DNA of 64,000 nucleotides from Candidatus Bathyarchaeota archaeon (GTDB lineage Archaea; Thermoproteota; Bathyarchaeia; Bathyarchaeales; Bathycorpusculaceae): NCBI GenBank assembly GCA_963767735.1, contig CAVYES010000004.1, positions 192,001 to 256,000 of the forward strand, read 5' to 3'. Shown piece by piece: positions 33,301 to 43,593 of this stretch (position 1 is its first letter; each line of letters starts with the position of its first letter). The notes under the pieces were generated by a model. It saw only the letters and a program-made list of their open reading frames with translations, ran no database searches and was not told where the DNA came from. The position numbers and the translations under genes were made by a program.

Positions 33301-35024
33301 CTGCTACAGGGATAATGGATGCCATATCGCAGGGCAAGCGTCCACCCGTACCCCAGATTGTGGACTCTCCGCACACTGGTATCGCCCTAACCAACCGGTT
33401 TGTCCTCGCGCTCTCGCCTACCGACATCTCTCTCCCACCAAATTGGCCAGATCCGATTTCGACCAATAATCCTCGCGCACAAGCCGAGCCGCTACTGAAC
33501 GCGTGGGTCGGATTAGCCTTGGGCGACCCAACCCAAGTAGGATGCACTGTAACGACCACAAGTGTGGACCCATCGATCGACGGTATTCCACAAATAGTAA
33601 CGCTGGCAGACCTCCAGCTACAACCGCTCGACGTGCTCTACCTCGGAGTCTCTGACGGAACGCCACGGGCCGGTGAGCTAGAACAGAGAATCGCATACTA
33701 TGTACTGGCATCCTTTGCAGTAGCCATCAATAACAAATCCACAGCCACTATCACATTCAATCCCGCACCAACCACAACGACCACAACCTTCCCACAACTT
33801 CTTGAACTCGCCAGCGCCATACGCCAAACCATAAACACCTCAAGACCTCTTGCGGCGAACGATCTGGAGCCACTGGCTAACGTGCAATCTCCGTCCGATG
33901 TCTCCATCGATATGACTGACTCGGAAAATCTCGGCCTGAGCAATCGCGAAAGCATAGTCGAAGGCTTGGTACAGGGCTCGATGAATAATCTTAATGCTCA
34001 GTTGAAACTTGCTGGGGTTGATCCTAGTGACTCTCCTTTGGACCGACAACGGGATCTCTTGACTCTTTCGAATCAGTTGAGCGCTACAGGAGGTCCCCCG
34101 ACAAGCGTCTTAGCCGTTATCGGGACGCTTCCAGCACTACTTGTGACCGCCAGCATGTTGGGCGGCAAGGGGTCTATCCCTGTAAACTCAAATGGGCTGC
34201 CACAGCAGGACCCAATTCAACTCGTAAAACAGGCGTTAACTGTCTATGACGATCTTAACGGGAGATACAACAAAGTAACGAAAGCTAGGTCGGCTCTGAG
34301 CACCGGGAGTTCTCCTGATGCGTCCACTCTCATCTCATGGATTCAGATGCTCTTGAGTAAGGATTTCGCAGTCTTGCCTCTCTTCACCCCCGATGCCTCC
34401 ACCTTCTCACAATTACAGTCTTCGCTAGCTTCCACCAACCTTGTGACCGATTCCATGGCGCCAATCTTATGGTTCGAGCAGGTTTCACACGTGAGGGATC
34501 ATCTCCGCGATTATGGTAGCGCGGCGACCTACGCGGAGATAATGGGCACCAATTTGTCGTTGCAATTCAAAATAGCACAGCTGCCTTACACAGCCACTGA
34601 TACGTGGGCGGCACTCTCGTCAACAAACAAATCGCCGATGGCTGCTGGTCTCCTGTCGTTGGTCTTCGCCCAACCCTCAAGCGCCATGACCTCCGGCGAG
34701 AAGATCTCCGGTCTAGTCATCGACGATTGGACCGAGTTCGTAGCGAACAAGACGGAGACGACGGGCGTTGCTTATCACTACGATGACCCGAATTCCCAAG
34801 CGCCTCAAACTATGCTTCTAGCGCTGGCTCCTGCGTCGATGGATACATGGCAGCTCGACTACCTAATATCTTTACTTAGCGACACCTTCGACCTCGCAAA
34901 GATCCGCTGCGTCGACCCTGATCAGAATGGATTCCGCAACCAGTTCCTGCCGGCTATGATGTTTTCAGACAACCTTCAGGGCCAAACTGTGAGGACAAGA
35001 CTCAGGGGGCATAAATTTGAGTAA
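30320..35024 (+). CDS. Conserved hypothetical ~1570-aa protein (operon gene C), one apparent frameshift
   Basis: GGAGG SD; ORFs 30320 and 32526 join by removing one A at 32505-32508; N-terminal coiled coil; motifs LPVRMETR, GYIHAPS, IDDWTE. Confidence 0.75.
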
Positions 35025-36813
35025 CCAAACATCTCAAGGCGGGGAGAATGCACCCTCAATCACGTTCTGGGGCAGACTGGAGCCGCGCATCAGAACTCCG
35101 TTCCTCGATGAGGTAATCGCTGCTTCGATTGGTGATCCTCTCTGGCTGCTTGGAAGACAGTGGCAGCTGGGCGAGTTCGAAGGAAACGATGCTGGGACTG
35201 CGATAAGGACCGACATCGCCTACCAGACAACCCAAGTTGGAACCTTCCAGGCCGCCGGTCAGACAGCCGTCGCGTACAACGGCGATAGAACACTGAACTC
35301 AATGGTCGAGCCAGAGCCGATTAAAGCTGACCTGCGCACCGCGGTCTCTATGGGACAAGACTTTCTCCGCTTCTTGAAGGCGGCTTTTACAGGCCAGACT
35401 GGTCCCGACCTAGGTGCCGCCAAGAGCTACTATATCGCCAACTATTCACCTCTGGCTTCATCGCCGGACGACGACGCGGCGACCATAAGATTCAGGGGAA
35501 TTGTAGCGGGCCGGTCCATAGACGGCATCCAACTCTATGCCGACCTAGCCGCAGCCCAGCCTTATCTCCCAGCTGCGCAGACCAATGGCCTGAATGGCAT
35601 CTTACCTACTTTGCTCGGGCTCGTTCTGCAGGCTGCCACGGCATACGTGAACTTCTTCCAATCAGTATTTTCTCTGCCACCCTCAAGCAATACTGCGTGG
35701 ACCAACGAGCAACTCGAATACCAGTTCGACGTGGCGGCTTCCAAGGATTCCACCAGCTCCATCGTCCTCTCAGCACGCGAATACCTCGGTGGCAACCTCG
35801 ACTGGCATTCCTTCAAGATGAATCCGGCGAGCAGTCTCGCGACGAGCTCGGTAAACCCAAACGCAAAACAAGATGCTACCCTCGTTGTGGTGCCCTCTCA
35901 CCTCGAGTTCAAGGGAATGCCGAACCGAAGGTGGTGGGACTTCGAGGACGCCCAGCTCGATCCGAGCTCCATTGACGTTGACCTAGTCGGCCTTCCCAAA
36001 CTCCTTCTGATTAACTTCGTCGTCAATCAGGCTAACGACTGGTTTATCATGCCATTGCCCTTGGCGCTGGGTTCTCTTACACGAATTAAGACGCTCAACG
36101 TCACCGACACCTTCGGACAGGTGACAGCAATCCAGCCGGCAAACCTGCATTCCGTAAACCCACAAAACCCATGGCGCATGTTCATGATGTCAGTTGACTC
36201 CGGAACCCCAGACCCGAATTGGTTGAACCTTCTCTTTCTGCCTCCGGTCGCAGGTCATATACTAGAAGGCGAAGTGCTGGAGTCCGTGAATTTCTTGAAG
36301 GATGAAGTGGCTGACATGGTATGGGGAGTTGAAGACACCGTCCAGAATCCTGCAGGCGACCCCGTTCCAGGGTACCGCGGTTCGCTCCCACAGGGAGCCA
36401 GCGATTGGACGCCGAGTGGGACAGACCCGACATACATCCTAACCACGAGCGTGCCCCCGAACTGGATTCCCTTCCTTCCAGTATACGTTACTCCTGGAAC
36501 CCCAGCAGTGAATTTGCAGGAGGCTGAGATACTGGTCCCGACATCTGGCCCTCCACAACCGGTCTCTCCACAAGGAGTGATACTCCAACCGCAAAGTTCG
36601 CCACCAGGCTCGTCCCCGACCCCATATTATGTTCGAGAGGAACAAGTGACCCCCGTAGGTGCGGTCGTCAATAGAAAGTTCAGGCGAGCAAGGTGGACCG
36701 ATGGCTCTGCCTCCCTCTGGATTGGACGAAAGCGGGACGCTGGAAAGGGCGAAGGGTCCAGCGGGCTCAGGTTCGACGCAATCTACGATCCTAGCACTGG
36801 AACATTCGAGTAA
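35017..36813 (+). CDS. Conserved hypothetical 598-aa protein (operon gene D)
   Basis: Overlaps the gene C stop; Trp-rich motifs DPLWLLGRQWQLGEF, GMPNRRWWDFED, GEGSSGLRFD. Confidence 0.8.
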   Translation: MSNQTSQGGENAPSITFWGRLEPRIRTPFLDEVIAASIGDPLWLLGRQWQLGEFEGNDAGTAIRTDIAYQTTQVGTFQAAGQTAVAYNGDRTLNSMVEPEPIKADLRTAVSMGQDFLRFLKAAFTGQTGPDLGAAKSYYIANYSPLASSPDDDAATIRFRGIVAGRSIDGIQLYADLAAAQPYLPAAQTNGLNGILPTLLGLVLQAATAYVNFFQSVFSLPPSSNTAWTNEQLEYQFDVAASKDSTSSIVLSAREYLGGNLDWHSFKMNPASSLATSSVNPNAKQDATLVVVPSHLEFKGMPNRRWWDFEDAQLDPSSIDVDLVGLPKLLLINFVVNQANDWFIMPLPLALGSLTRIKTLNVTDTFGQVTAIQPANLHSVNPQNPWRMFMMSVDSGTPDPNWLNLLFLPPVAGHILEGEVLESVNFLKDEVADMVWGVEDTVQNPAGDPVPGYRGSLPQGASDWTPSGTDPTYILTTSVPPNWIPFLPVYVTPGTPAVNLQEAEILVPTSGPPQPVSPQGVILQPQSSPPGSSPTPYYVREEQVTPVGAVVNRKFRRARWTDGSASLWIGRKRDAGKGEGSSGLRFDAIYDPSTGTFE

Positions 36814-37369
36814 CACTAATTGCTCGAAAACTCCGCGTTACAAAAATCTTATCAATCGGCGCCAGCCCGAAACTTCTGATCTTCATGTAGTTGAAGCCGC
36901 AGTTCACGTCAGGTTATGTGCCAGAGGACCAATGTCAAGATGAATTGCGGAATCCATAAAAATATCAATCCTCAGAACTCTGAGTGCGAAATCTATCCCT
37001 GTTCCACTGGTGCCCTTTGCTTTTTTCTCTTTCAAAAATTTCTGAAGTGTAACATAGATTTCGCTCATATTCTCATTAAATCGAGCGCCGCACAAAGACT
37101 TGGATTACAACCTCCACAGTCTAGCTCGCGTGGAATAAATGAGCCAAAAAGTTTATAGATATGGGATGTTTTTGGTGAAGTGAGGTCTGTCCTAGCCCTC
37201 CGAAGCCAAGAGGAGGGTGGCTGGGCCTTTTTGTTTTATCGAAAAAAATCTAACTTTATTTTTCGCCAAATTAGATTTTGGCGCACAGCGTTGGCTGGTT
37301 TGCTGTTTCTGCAAAGCTTTATCTTTTGACAATCACTCAATAATACTCAGCCAAAAGGAGGTTTGTTAG

Positions 37370-38182
37370 TTGTTCTGGGTTTTAAAACGCCGCTCTAATG
37401 ACCCTATGGTGAAGTTACTAAATGCGTACGAAATGAGTCTACTTCGACCGCCCAACGAGAATGAGGCAGTCGGGGATTTACTCATTTATTACGAGGGAAA
37501 AACTAGCACGCCAGGAAGAATTACAGGTCTGTTAAACCCACCTTTGGAAATGCCGCCCTTACTCAGTGAACGTCTCCCTAATTTTTCCGGATCCGTATTA
37601 TCCAATGTTACCTTTGATGAAGGGTTCAGCTGGCTTGAGGGTTTTTTTAACGCCCTCAGAATCGTGGGGGTAAGCGGAAAATTGGAGTTGCAATTCAAGA
37701 AGGAGCAAGCAAGCCAGATAAGCTTCCGCTTCTCTGATGTTACACGAGACAGAGTTGACGTCATCGAGCTGGGAGCAGAGCTCGAGAATCCCGAGTTCAG
37801 AATCAAGAACCCCTTCTACGACGGCAAATCCCAATATTATCTAGTAACTGCAGTTGCTAAATCTCCCTCAATCAGCATCAAGGTAAAAAGTGCAGACGGC
37901 AAGGTTCTTTCTCTTGGAGCAGAAATCCCCAATATTTTGGACAACTCGACGGGGGTCTCGATAAAAGAAAACGCAGATCAAGAAATAACGATTGAGGGAA
38001 AGAGACTGGCCTTTGGGATACAAACATACGAAATGCGATATAACCCCAAACTACAAAGACTAACCTTTACACCAACAGGCATAATCAGAGTCGGAACCCA
38101 AGAAAAACCTGACCTAAAACCAGCCCTCATCGGAGGCCCCGACGGCAACGTTTTCGTTGACGTTACTCAAAAAGAGAACTGA
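37370..38182 (+). CDS. Gasdermin homologue (prokaryotic bGSDM type)
   Basis: 270 aa, GGAGGT SD; 'SNDPMV..L....SLL..P', 'YYLVT.V', 'LAFGIQ', C-terminal 'GNVFVDVT' parallel Runella bGSDM 'CNDPFV..L...YSLV..P', 'FFVAT', 'IVFGVK', 'AGFIEVT' (recalled); protease gene immediately downstream. Confidence 0.85.
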   Translation: MFWVLKRRSNDPMVKLLNAYEMSLLRPPNENEAVGDLLIYYEGKTSTPGRITGLLNPPLEMPPLLSERLPNFSGSVLSNVTFDEGFSWLEGFFNALRIVGVSGKLELQFKKEQASQISFRFSDVTRDRVDVIELGAELENPEFRIKNPFYDGKSQYYLVTAVAKSPSISIKVKSADGKVLSLGAEIPNILDNSTGVSIKENADQEITIEGKRLAFGIQTYEMRYNPKLQRLTFTPTGIIRVGTQEKPDLKPALIGGPDGNVFVDVTQKEN

Positions 38183-38200
38183 AAATGCGAGGGAGCTAAC

Positions 38201-41200
38201 TTGAGGACAAAAAAAAAGCCCCAAGAAATACAAGAAGATATGAAATCATACACAGTTTACTTTGCGTCTTCACATGATTTCGACAAAACTGAGATAATGG
38301 GGACTGGATTCGTTCTTACTAACGATGGGCTTATCGCCACTTGCTCGCACGTTATTCAAAATAAAGAATCGCAAAGGGCAGGTGAACAGAAACCAAAAAG
38401 TGTTAAGCTATCTTTTGTAGCGTCAGACATTGACGGGTACGCCGAAGTGGTGGATGAATGGTGGCGCCCAATTGGACAAGGCGACATAGCCATTTTGAAG
38501 TTAACCATACCTGAAAGCTTGCCTAATGGAGTCAGGCCTGCTTTGTTAAGCAGATTTTCAGGGAGTCAACAGCATGATTTTCAAGCATTAGGCTATCCTC
38601 GCGGGAGAGAAAGATGGGCGACAGGAAAAATTATAGGTGAAGTAACTGATCCAGAATTCAAAGGCATCAGGATAATTCAGCTGAGAAGCGAAGAAGATAC
38701 GATCGCTCCTGGACACAGTGGGGCAGCTGTTCTGGATTTGAAGACTCAATACGTCGTTGGTATGGTGGCAGCGCTCGATGCACCAGATTCGGAAGGGCGG
38801 GGCGCAAACAACGTAATCGCAATCAACCTTGACGAACTCATACGAATCTGTCCTAAATTGGATAAAGTTTTACAACCAAACGACGAAGTAACAAAGTCAT
38901 GGTCTCAAGACGAAGGCTTTAGACCCCCAATCGATCCGGACAACATCTTTGGCCGACAGCAAGAGCTCGAAAAAATAGACGAACTATTAACTCAACACAG
39001 TGCTCTTGCGATCGCAGGCGTCAGGGGCACGGGGAAATCCACTCTCGCAAGCATGTACGTCGACAGGATTCAAGAAAAGGGAAAGTACGCTGGAGTCTAC
39101 TGGCGCAAATTTGACGAAACCATAGACATCGGTGATGTAGTTGGAAGCTTCTTAGAATTCACAGGCAAGCCAATTGCAAACATTGGCTCTTACAAGTTAG
39201 ACCAACAGCTTTCCATATTCTTTAGAGAAATAGAAAAAGAAGGATCACCGTATTTCTTGGTTTTTGATAATTTTGAAGCCCTGATCGACCCTGAGACTAG
39301 CGCACCTTTGAAGGCGGGGTTTTCCGAACTAATCGAAAGGGCAAATCAGATCAAAGGAGAGAGCAGGCTCTTGTTCACTTGCTGGGAATGCCCAGCTAGC
39401 GAACGAGGCATCAAACCCGAATGTTATCAAATTGGCGGACTAGACTCCCAAGCTGCCCTGAAGCTCCTTCAGAAAATGGGTTTAGACGAGGCAAAAGGCG
39501 AGCTGATGCAAGCAATTGAGGGCTCTGAAGGCCACCCTCAAGCCCTAACACTATTGATCCAACTTGTTAAAGGAGGACAAGAAACTATTTCGCAAGCGTT
39601 GGCGGATGCGTCGCTTTGGAAAGGTGAGGTTGCCGAGAGAATTTTGGATAAGGTTTACTTAAAAAGGTTATCGGATGATGAACGCAAGTTCCTTCAATTT
39701 GTCTCGTTATTCAGGGAACCTGTACCTTTAAGTTCAATACTTGCAGTTGCCAATAATCCTGTATGGACTGAGGTGTTTGCCAAGAAGTTGGCGTTTAATT
39801 TGAACATGAAATCGCTCCTGAACAAGGCAGACGAAAATTATTGGGAAGAATCCCTGATAAGAAGCTACGCTTACTCCAGAATGGCTGATCGGGTTTTTCG
39901 CCACAATCTTGCCTGCAACTATTATCTCTCGCTCCCACTGCTAGAAAAGCCCATGAAAAAGGAAGATGTTCAGCCCCTAATAGAAGCACACTACCATGCT
40001 TGCAAGGCCAAAGAATATGACACAGCCGCAAAAATCATCATCTCCAAAAATTTGGATGAATACCTTGACCTGTGGGGGAATTACAGGACACTTTTAGAGT
40101 TGTGTCTTTTATTGCTTCCAAAGGATGACCCGTTAGAAGGGAAACCGCTACTTAACGAAATGAGTGATCAAATTCGCATCCTAATGGATTTAGGCCATTC
40201 CTTCGACAAGTTGGGTGATTATGGAAAAGCCATTGATTACTATACAAAAGCACTAGAAATCGCAAAACAAATAAGCGACAAACGAAATGAAGGCAGCTGT
40301 CTGGGAGGCTTAGGTAACATCCTCTATGGGTTGGGTGATTATGGAAAAGCCATTGATTACTATTCAAAGGCTTTGGACATCGCAAAGCAAATAGGCGACA
40401 AACATAATGAAGGGCGCTTGTTGGGAAACTTAGGTAATGTACACTTTAGTTTGGGTGATTATGGAAAAGCCATTGATTACTATTCAAAGGCTTTGGACAT
40501 CGCAAAACAAATAGGCGACAAACAAGGCGAAGACAGTTTTATTGGAAACTTAGGTAATGTACACTTTAGTTTGGGTGATTATGGAAAAGCCATTGATTAC
40601 TATTCAAAGGCTTTGGACATGGCAAAGCAAATAGGCGACAAACATAATGAAGGTAACTGGTTGGGAAACTTAGGTAACGCCTACGATAGTTTGGGTGATT
40701 ATGGAAAAGCCATTGATTACTATTCAAAGGCTTTGGACATGGCAAAGCAAATAGGCGACAAACATAATGAAGGTAACTGGCTTGGTAGTTTAGGTAACCT
40801 CCTCTACAGGTTGGGTGATTATGGAAAAGCCATTGATGTTTATACTAAGGCACTATACATGGCAAAGCAAATAGGCGACAAACAAGGCGAAGGTAACTGG
40901 TTGGGAAACTTAGGTAAAGTCTACGATAGTTTGGGTGATTATGGAAAAGCCATTGATTACTATACAAAGGCTTTGGACATCGCAAAACAAATAGGCGACA
41001 AACAAAATGAAGGGCGCTTCCTCGCTAATCTAGGTGAAATCCTCGATAGGTTGGGTGATTATGGAAAAGCCATTGATGTTTATGTTAATGCGCTAGACAT
41101 CGCAAAACAAATAGGCAACAAGAAAAATGAAGGCAACTTCCTCGGGAATCTAGGTATAGTCTTCTATTCTGTTGGGGGAAAAAACAGAGAAGCAATGGCG

Positions 41201-41398
41201 TGTTTTTTGCTGGCAAAGAAAATTCATGCGGGGTCGGGTAACGTTCAGGGATCCGCCGAAGCCGAAGATGACCTCAAGAATTTTGAGAGTAAAATAGGCA
41301 TAATCGAGTTCACCAGACTTCAAGCCGAGGTAGAGCCCCGAGCTGAAGAGATCTTGCAGGAAATACTTGAAAGAACCAAGCTAAACAGCAACAAATAG
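38201..41398 (+). CDS. Trypsin-like protease - STAND (NB-ARC-like) ATPase - TPR protein
   Basis: Triad ATCSH / GDIA / GHSG; 'FGRQQEL', Walker A GVRGTGKST, Walker B LVFDN, GHP motif; 40-aa TPRs. Confidence 0.93.
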   Translation: MRTKKKPQEIQEDMKSYTVYFASSHDFDKTEIMGTGFVLTNDGLIATCSHVIQNKESQRAGEQKPKSVKLSFVASDIDGYAEVVDEWWRPIGQGDIAILKLTIPESLPNGVRPALLSRFSGSQQHDFQALGYPRGRERWATGKIIGEVTDPEFKGIRIIQLRSEEDTIAPGHSGAAVLDLKTQYVVGMVAALDAPDSEGRGANNVIAINLDELIRICPKLDKVLQPNDEVTKSWSQDEGFRPPIDPDNIFGRQQELEKIDELLTQHSALAIAGVRGTGKSTLASMYVDRIQEKGKYAGVYWRKFDETIDIGDVVGSFLEFTGKPIANIGSYKLDQQLSIFFREIEKEGSPYFLVFDNFEALIDPETSAPLKAGFSELIERANQIKGESRLLFTCWECPASERGIKPECYQIGGLDSQAALKLLQKMGLDEAKGELMQAIEGSEGHPQALTLLIQLVKGGQETISQALADASLWKGEVAERILDKVYLKRLSDDERKFLQFVSLFREPVPLSSILAVANNPVWTEVFAKKLAFNLNMKSLLNKADENYWEESLIRSYAYSRMADRVFRHNLACNYYLSLPLLEKPMKKEDVQPLIEAHYHACKAKEYDTAAKIIISKNLDEYLDLWGNYRTLLELCLLLLPKDDPLEGKPLLNEMSDQIRILMDLGHSFDKLGDYGKAIDYYTKALEIAKQISDKRNEGSCLGGLGNILYGLGDYGKAIDYYSKALDIAKQIGDKHNEGRLLGNLGNVHFSLGDYGKAIDYYSKALDIAKQIGDKQGEDSFIGNLGNVHFSLGDYGKAIDYYSKALDMAKQIGDKHNEGNWLGNLGNAYDSLGDYGKAIDYYSKALDMAKQIGDKHNEGNWLGSLGNLLYRLGDYGKAIDVYTKALYMAKQIGDKQGEGNWLGNLGKVYDSLGDYGKAIDYYTKALDIAKQIGDKQNEGRFLANLGEILDRLGDYGKAIDVYVNALDIAKQIGNKKNEGNFLGNLGIVFYSVGGKNREAMACFLLAKKIHAGSGNVQGSAEAEDDLKNFESKIGIIEFTRLQAEVEPRAEEILQEILERTKLNSNK
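40190..41160 (+). repeat. Eight 120-bp tandem repeats encoding 40-aa TPR units
   Basis: TTGGGTGATTATGGAAAAGCCATTGAT recurs at 40211, 40331 ... 41051 with exact 120-bp period. Confidence 0.97.
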
Positions 41399-41936
41399 CG
41401 TATCTGGCAGACTTCATTCAACCAAAAGATTAGGCAAACTTGACATCGATGGTTGGTGCGCAAAAGGCGAATAATACGGCTTGAAGCTCAGATATAGAGA
41501 CATTGTCAGATAAATGAAGTCTGAACCAAATTTCATGTAAATACCAAATAACTGTAAAAAGGAAGAGCAGCAGCAATCGAAACTGTTAGCCGTAATTTCA
41601 AAATTAGCGTTGAATGATGCCTTAGAAATTATTTCGACAGGACTCGAAGACAGAGCTGCTTATGTAAGATTTGAGACCGCTCAATGTGTTCGCTCTAACA
41701 TGAACTCAATCCCGAGACAGGTTTTGCTTAAAACGCTTGAAATTTTTGAAAATCTCTGATTATAGTGGATGGCTAATCAGCTATTTCTCGAGCATGGAAT
41801 ACAATAGCTTCAAGGAAGAGGTTGAACAACAATTAGCAAATGATCATATCTAACAAGACAATGTTATTCTTTCCTAAGTGGCGCCTGATAATCTCAGGCA
41901 AAGAATTTAAGACCATGATAAGCCCAGAATTTCAGC

Positions 41937-42251
41937 ATGGTGAATAAGGAAAGACAGGTTGGTTCTAGAGCTGGGAAAGAGGACAGCGTCAAGCGGATGC
42001 AAGGAATTTTGGATAGGTTGGGTATTCGGCTCTGTGTCGCTTGGTTACCAGACGATGGCAAGTCTATTCATGGCGACGCCTTCGCCACTTTCACGCATGA
42101 GATAATTGAGTTTAAGCTCAAAGAAGTCACCAGAGTCTACCGAGAGCTCATAAACAACCCAATAGACGGCTATGAGAAGCTTGCCTACCAACAAAAAGAA
42201 GACTTTATTGAATTCGTTCCGAAATTGATCAAAATTACCAAGACAGATTAA
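41937..42251 (+). CDS. Hypothetical protein, possibly internally deleted
   Basis: ATG ORF with TATA-like TTTAAG upstream; 'TF.HEIIE' motif. Confidence 0.45.
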   Translation: MVNKERQVGSRAGKEDSVKRMQGILDRLGIRLCVAWLPDDGKSIHGDAFATFTHEIIEFKLKEVTRVYRELINNPIDGYEKLAYQQKEDFIEFVPKLIKITKTD

Positions 42252-42366
42252 CCCCCCTCACGACCTGACCACTCAAGAATAAATCACCTGCATCGAACAA
42301 TAGCGTTCGCCAAACAAAATTCAAAGTAATGAAGAAGTTATATAACAAAAAAGTGAATTAGGAAAT

Positions 42367-43293
42367 ATGCAGCCTTTGCATATTCAGTTATCCCTATTCT
42401 CGCAATACCTGAAGAAAGCTACCGCAAAAGAACTCTTTTCGGAAGCGTCCATAGCCCAGGCGAACGGTGAAAGAATCTTTGGATTGAGAATCCCCTATTT
42501 ACTTGATGGTATCTCCATCAAATCTAACAAATCCTTTACCTCAATCAATACTACCCTTGGTTACTATCAGTGGGAATATGACCTGTTGACCCTTTATCAC
42601 AGACGAATTGAAGCCTTGTCTCAGAAATATCATGTCGACTACAAACAACTTTTCACATTCTGCTTTTGTCATGAAGTGGGGCACGCCAAACAGCAGAGAT
42701 TGTTCGAGAGCATCGGCTATTTTCCAAACAAGTTCAAAATATGGCCGGAAGGCGTAGGCGTGGAAATCGAATCGACTAAATATGTAGTGACAGAGAAGTT
42801 TCCAGTCTCGAGTAAGCCATTTTGGGATGCCTTTAGTTGCTATATCCAAGATTTCGCTATTAACAAAGTATTGCTACAAAATGCCATGCAAAATGAACTA
42901 TGTAGGCCCATGGCTTTTGACTTTTCAGCTCCTGCAATATCAAACGACGTTCCAATTCAATTCATAGTCCTCGAATCGTTGGCAATGTTGCCTCATGATA
43001 TAGACGTATGTGAGCATGGAGGGCTTCTTCAAGATGAAAAACGTCTGTTCGTAGAGTCAAAGAAAAAAATCTTGGGCGACAAATGGGATGTCGCTTATGC
43101 TTTACTCAATAAAATAGAATTTGCGGACCCTGAAAGCATTCTAGACGTGACTATTAAAATGTTCAAGGATATTTTAGGGGTCCACGCTTCTTTTGGATAT
43201 TCCGCTCAACGCAGAAGTTTCCTGTTCAAGGACTACTCAACAGTTCCGAAGTATTGGAATAAAGATAGCTATGAAGTCCTTTTCCTCATGTAA
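42367..43293 (+). CDS. HExxH motif protein
   Basis: 'FCHEVGH'; TTATATA box upstream. Confidence 0.65.
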   Translation: MQPLHIQLSLFSQYLKKATAKELFSEASIAQANGERIFGLRIPYLLDGISIKSNKSFTSINTTLGYYQWEYDLLTLYHRRIEALSQKYHVDYKQLFTFCFCHEVGHAKQQRLFESIGYFPNKFKIWPEGVGVEIESTKYVVTEKFPVSSKPFWDAFSCYIQDFAINKVLLQNAMQNELCRPMAFDFSAPAISNDVPIQFIVLESLAMLPHDIDVCEHGGLLQDEKRLFVESKKKILGDKWDVAYALLNKIEFADPESILDVTIKMFKDILGVHASFGYSAQRRSFLFKDYSTVPKYWNKDSYEVLFLM

Positions 43294-43593
43294 CTATTGA
43301 CTGGTTAGCGAAATCAAAAGTCATAGGCGGGTGAGCTTGAAAGTTTTTTCTTTTGATAAGGCATTGCGCACTTGATATCTAGTGCAGACTGCATACGAAA
43401 AGTCGGAGCAATTAGTCTACCGCCAGAACGATAATCATTTCTCTTTTCGCTATGCACATTCTTATTGCTGTAAAGCGACTGGGAAATGGACGCTTTCGAT
43501 TTCATATGTAAAATGGTCGAAAGTACGGGGAGAAATAGGAAGGTTTTTAAAATATCTCACTACCAATTAGTAGTGAATTGAGGTAGTGCAACA

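Noticed and set aside
23652-36943. Many antisense and alternative-frame ORFs inside the operon
   Set aside because: Expected shadows of long GC-rich genes, with no motifs or SD signals.
36904-37095. Short ORF with 'KGTSGTG', resembling a dioxygenase C-terminal motif
   Set aside because: Too short and unsupported; at most a gene remnant.
40190-41160. CRISPR array or DGR target
   Set aside because: Repeats are in-frame 120-bp coding units. There are no spacers, cas genes, reverse transcriptase or separate template repeat in the window.
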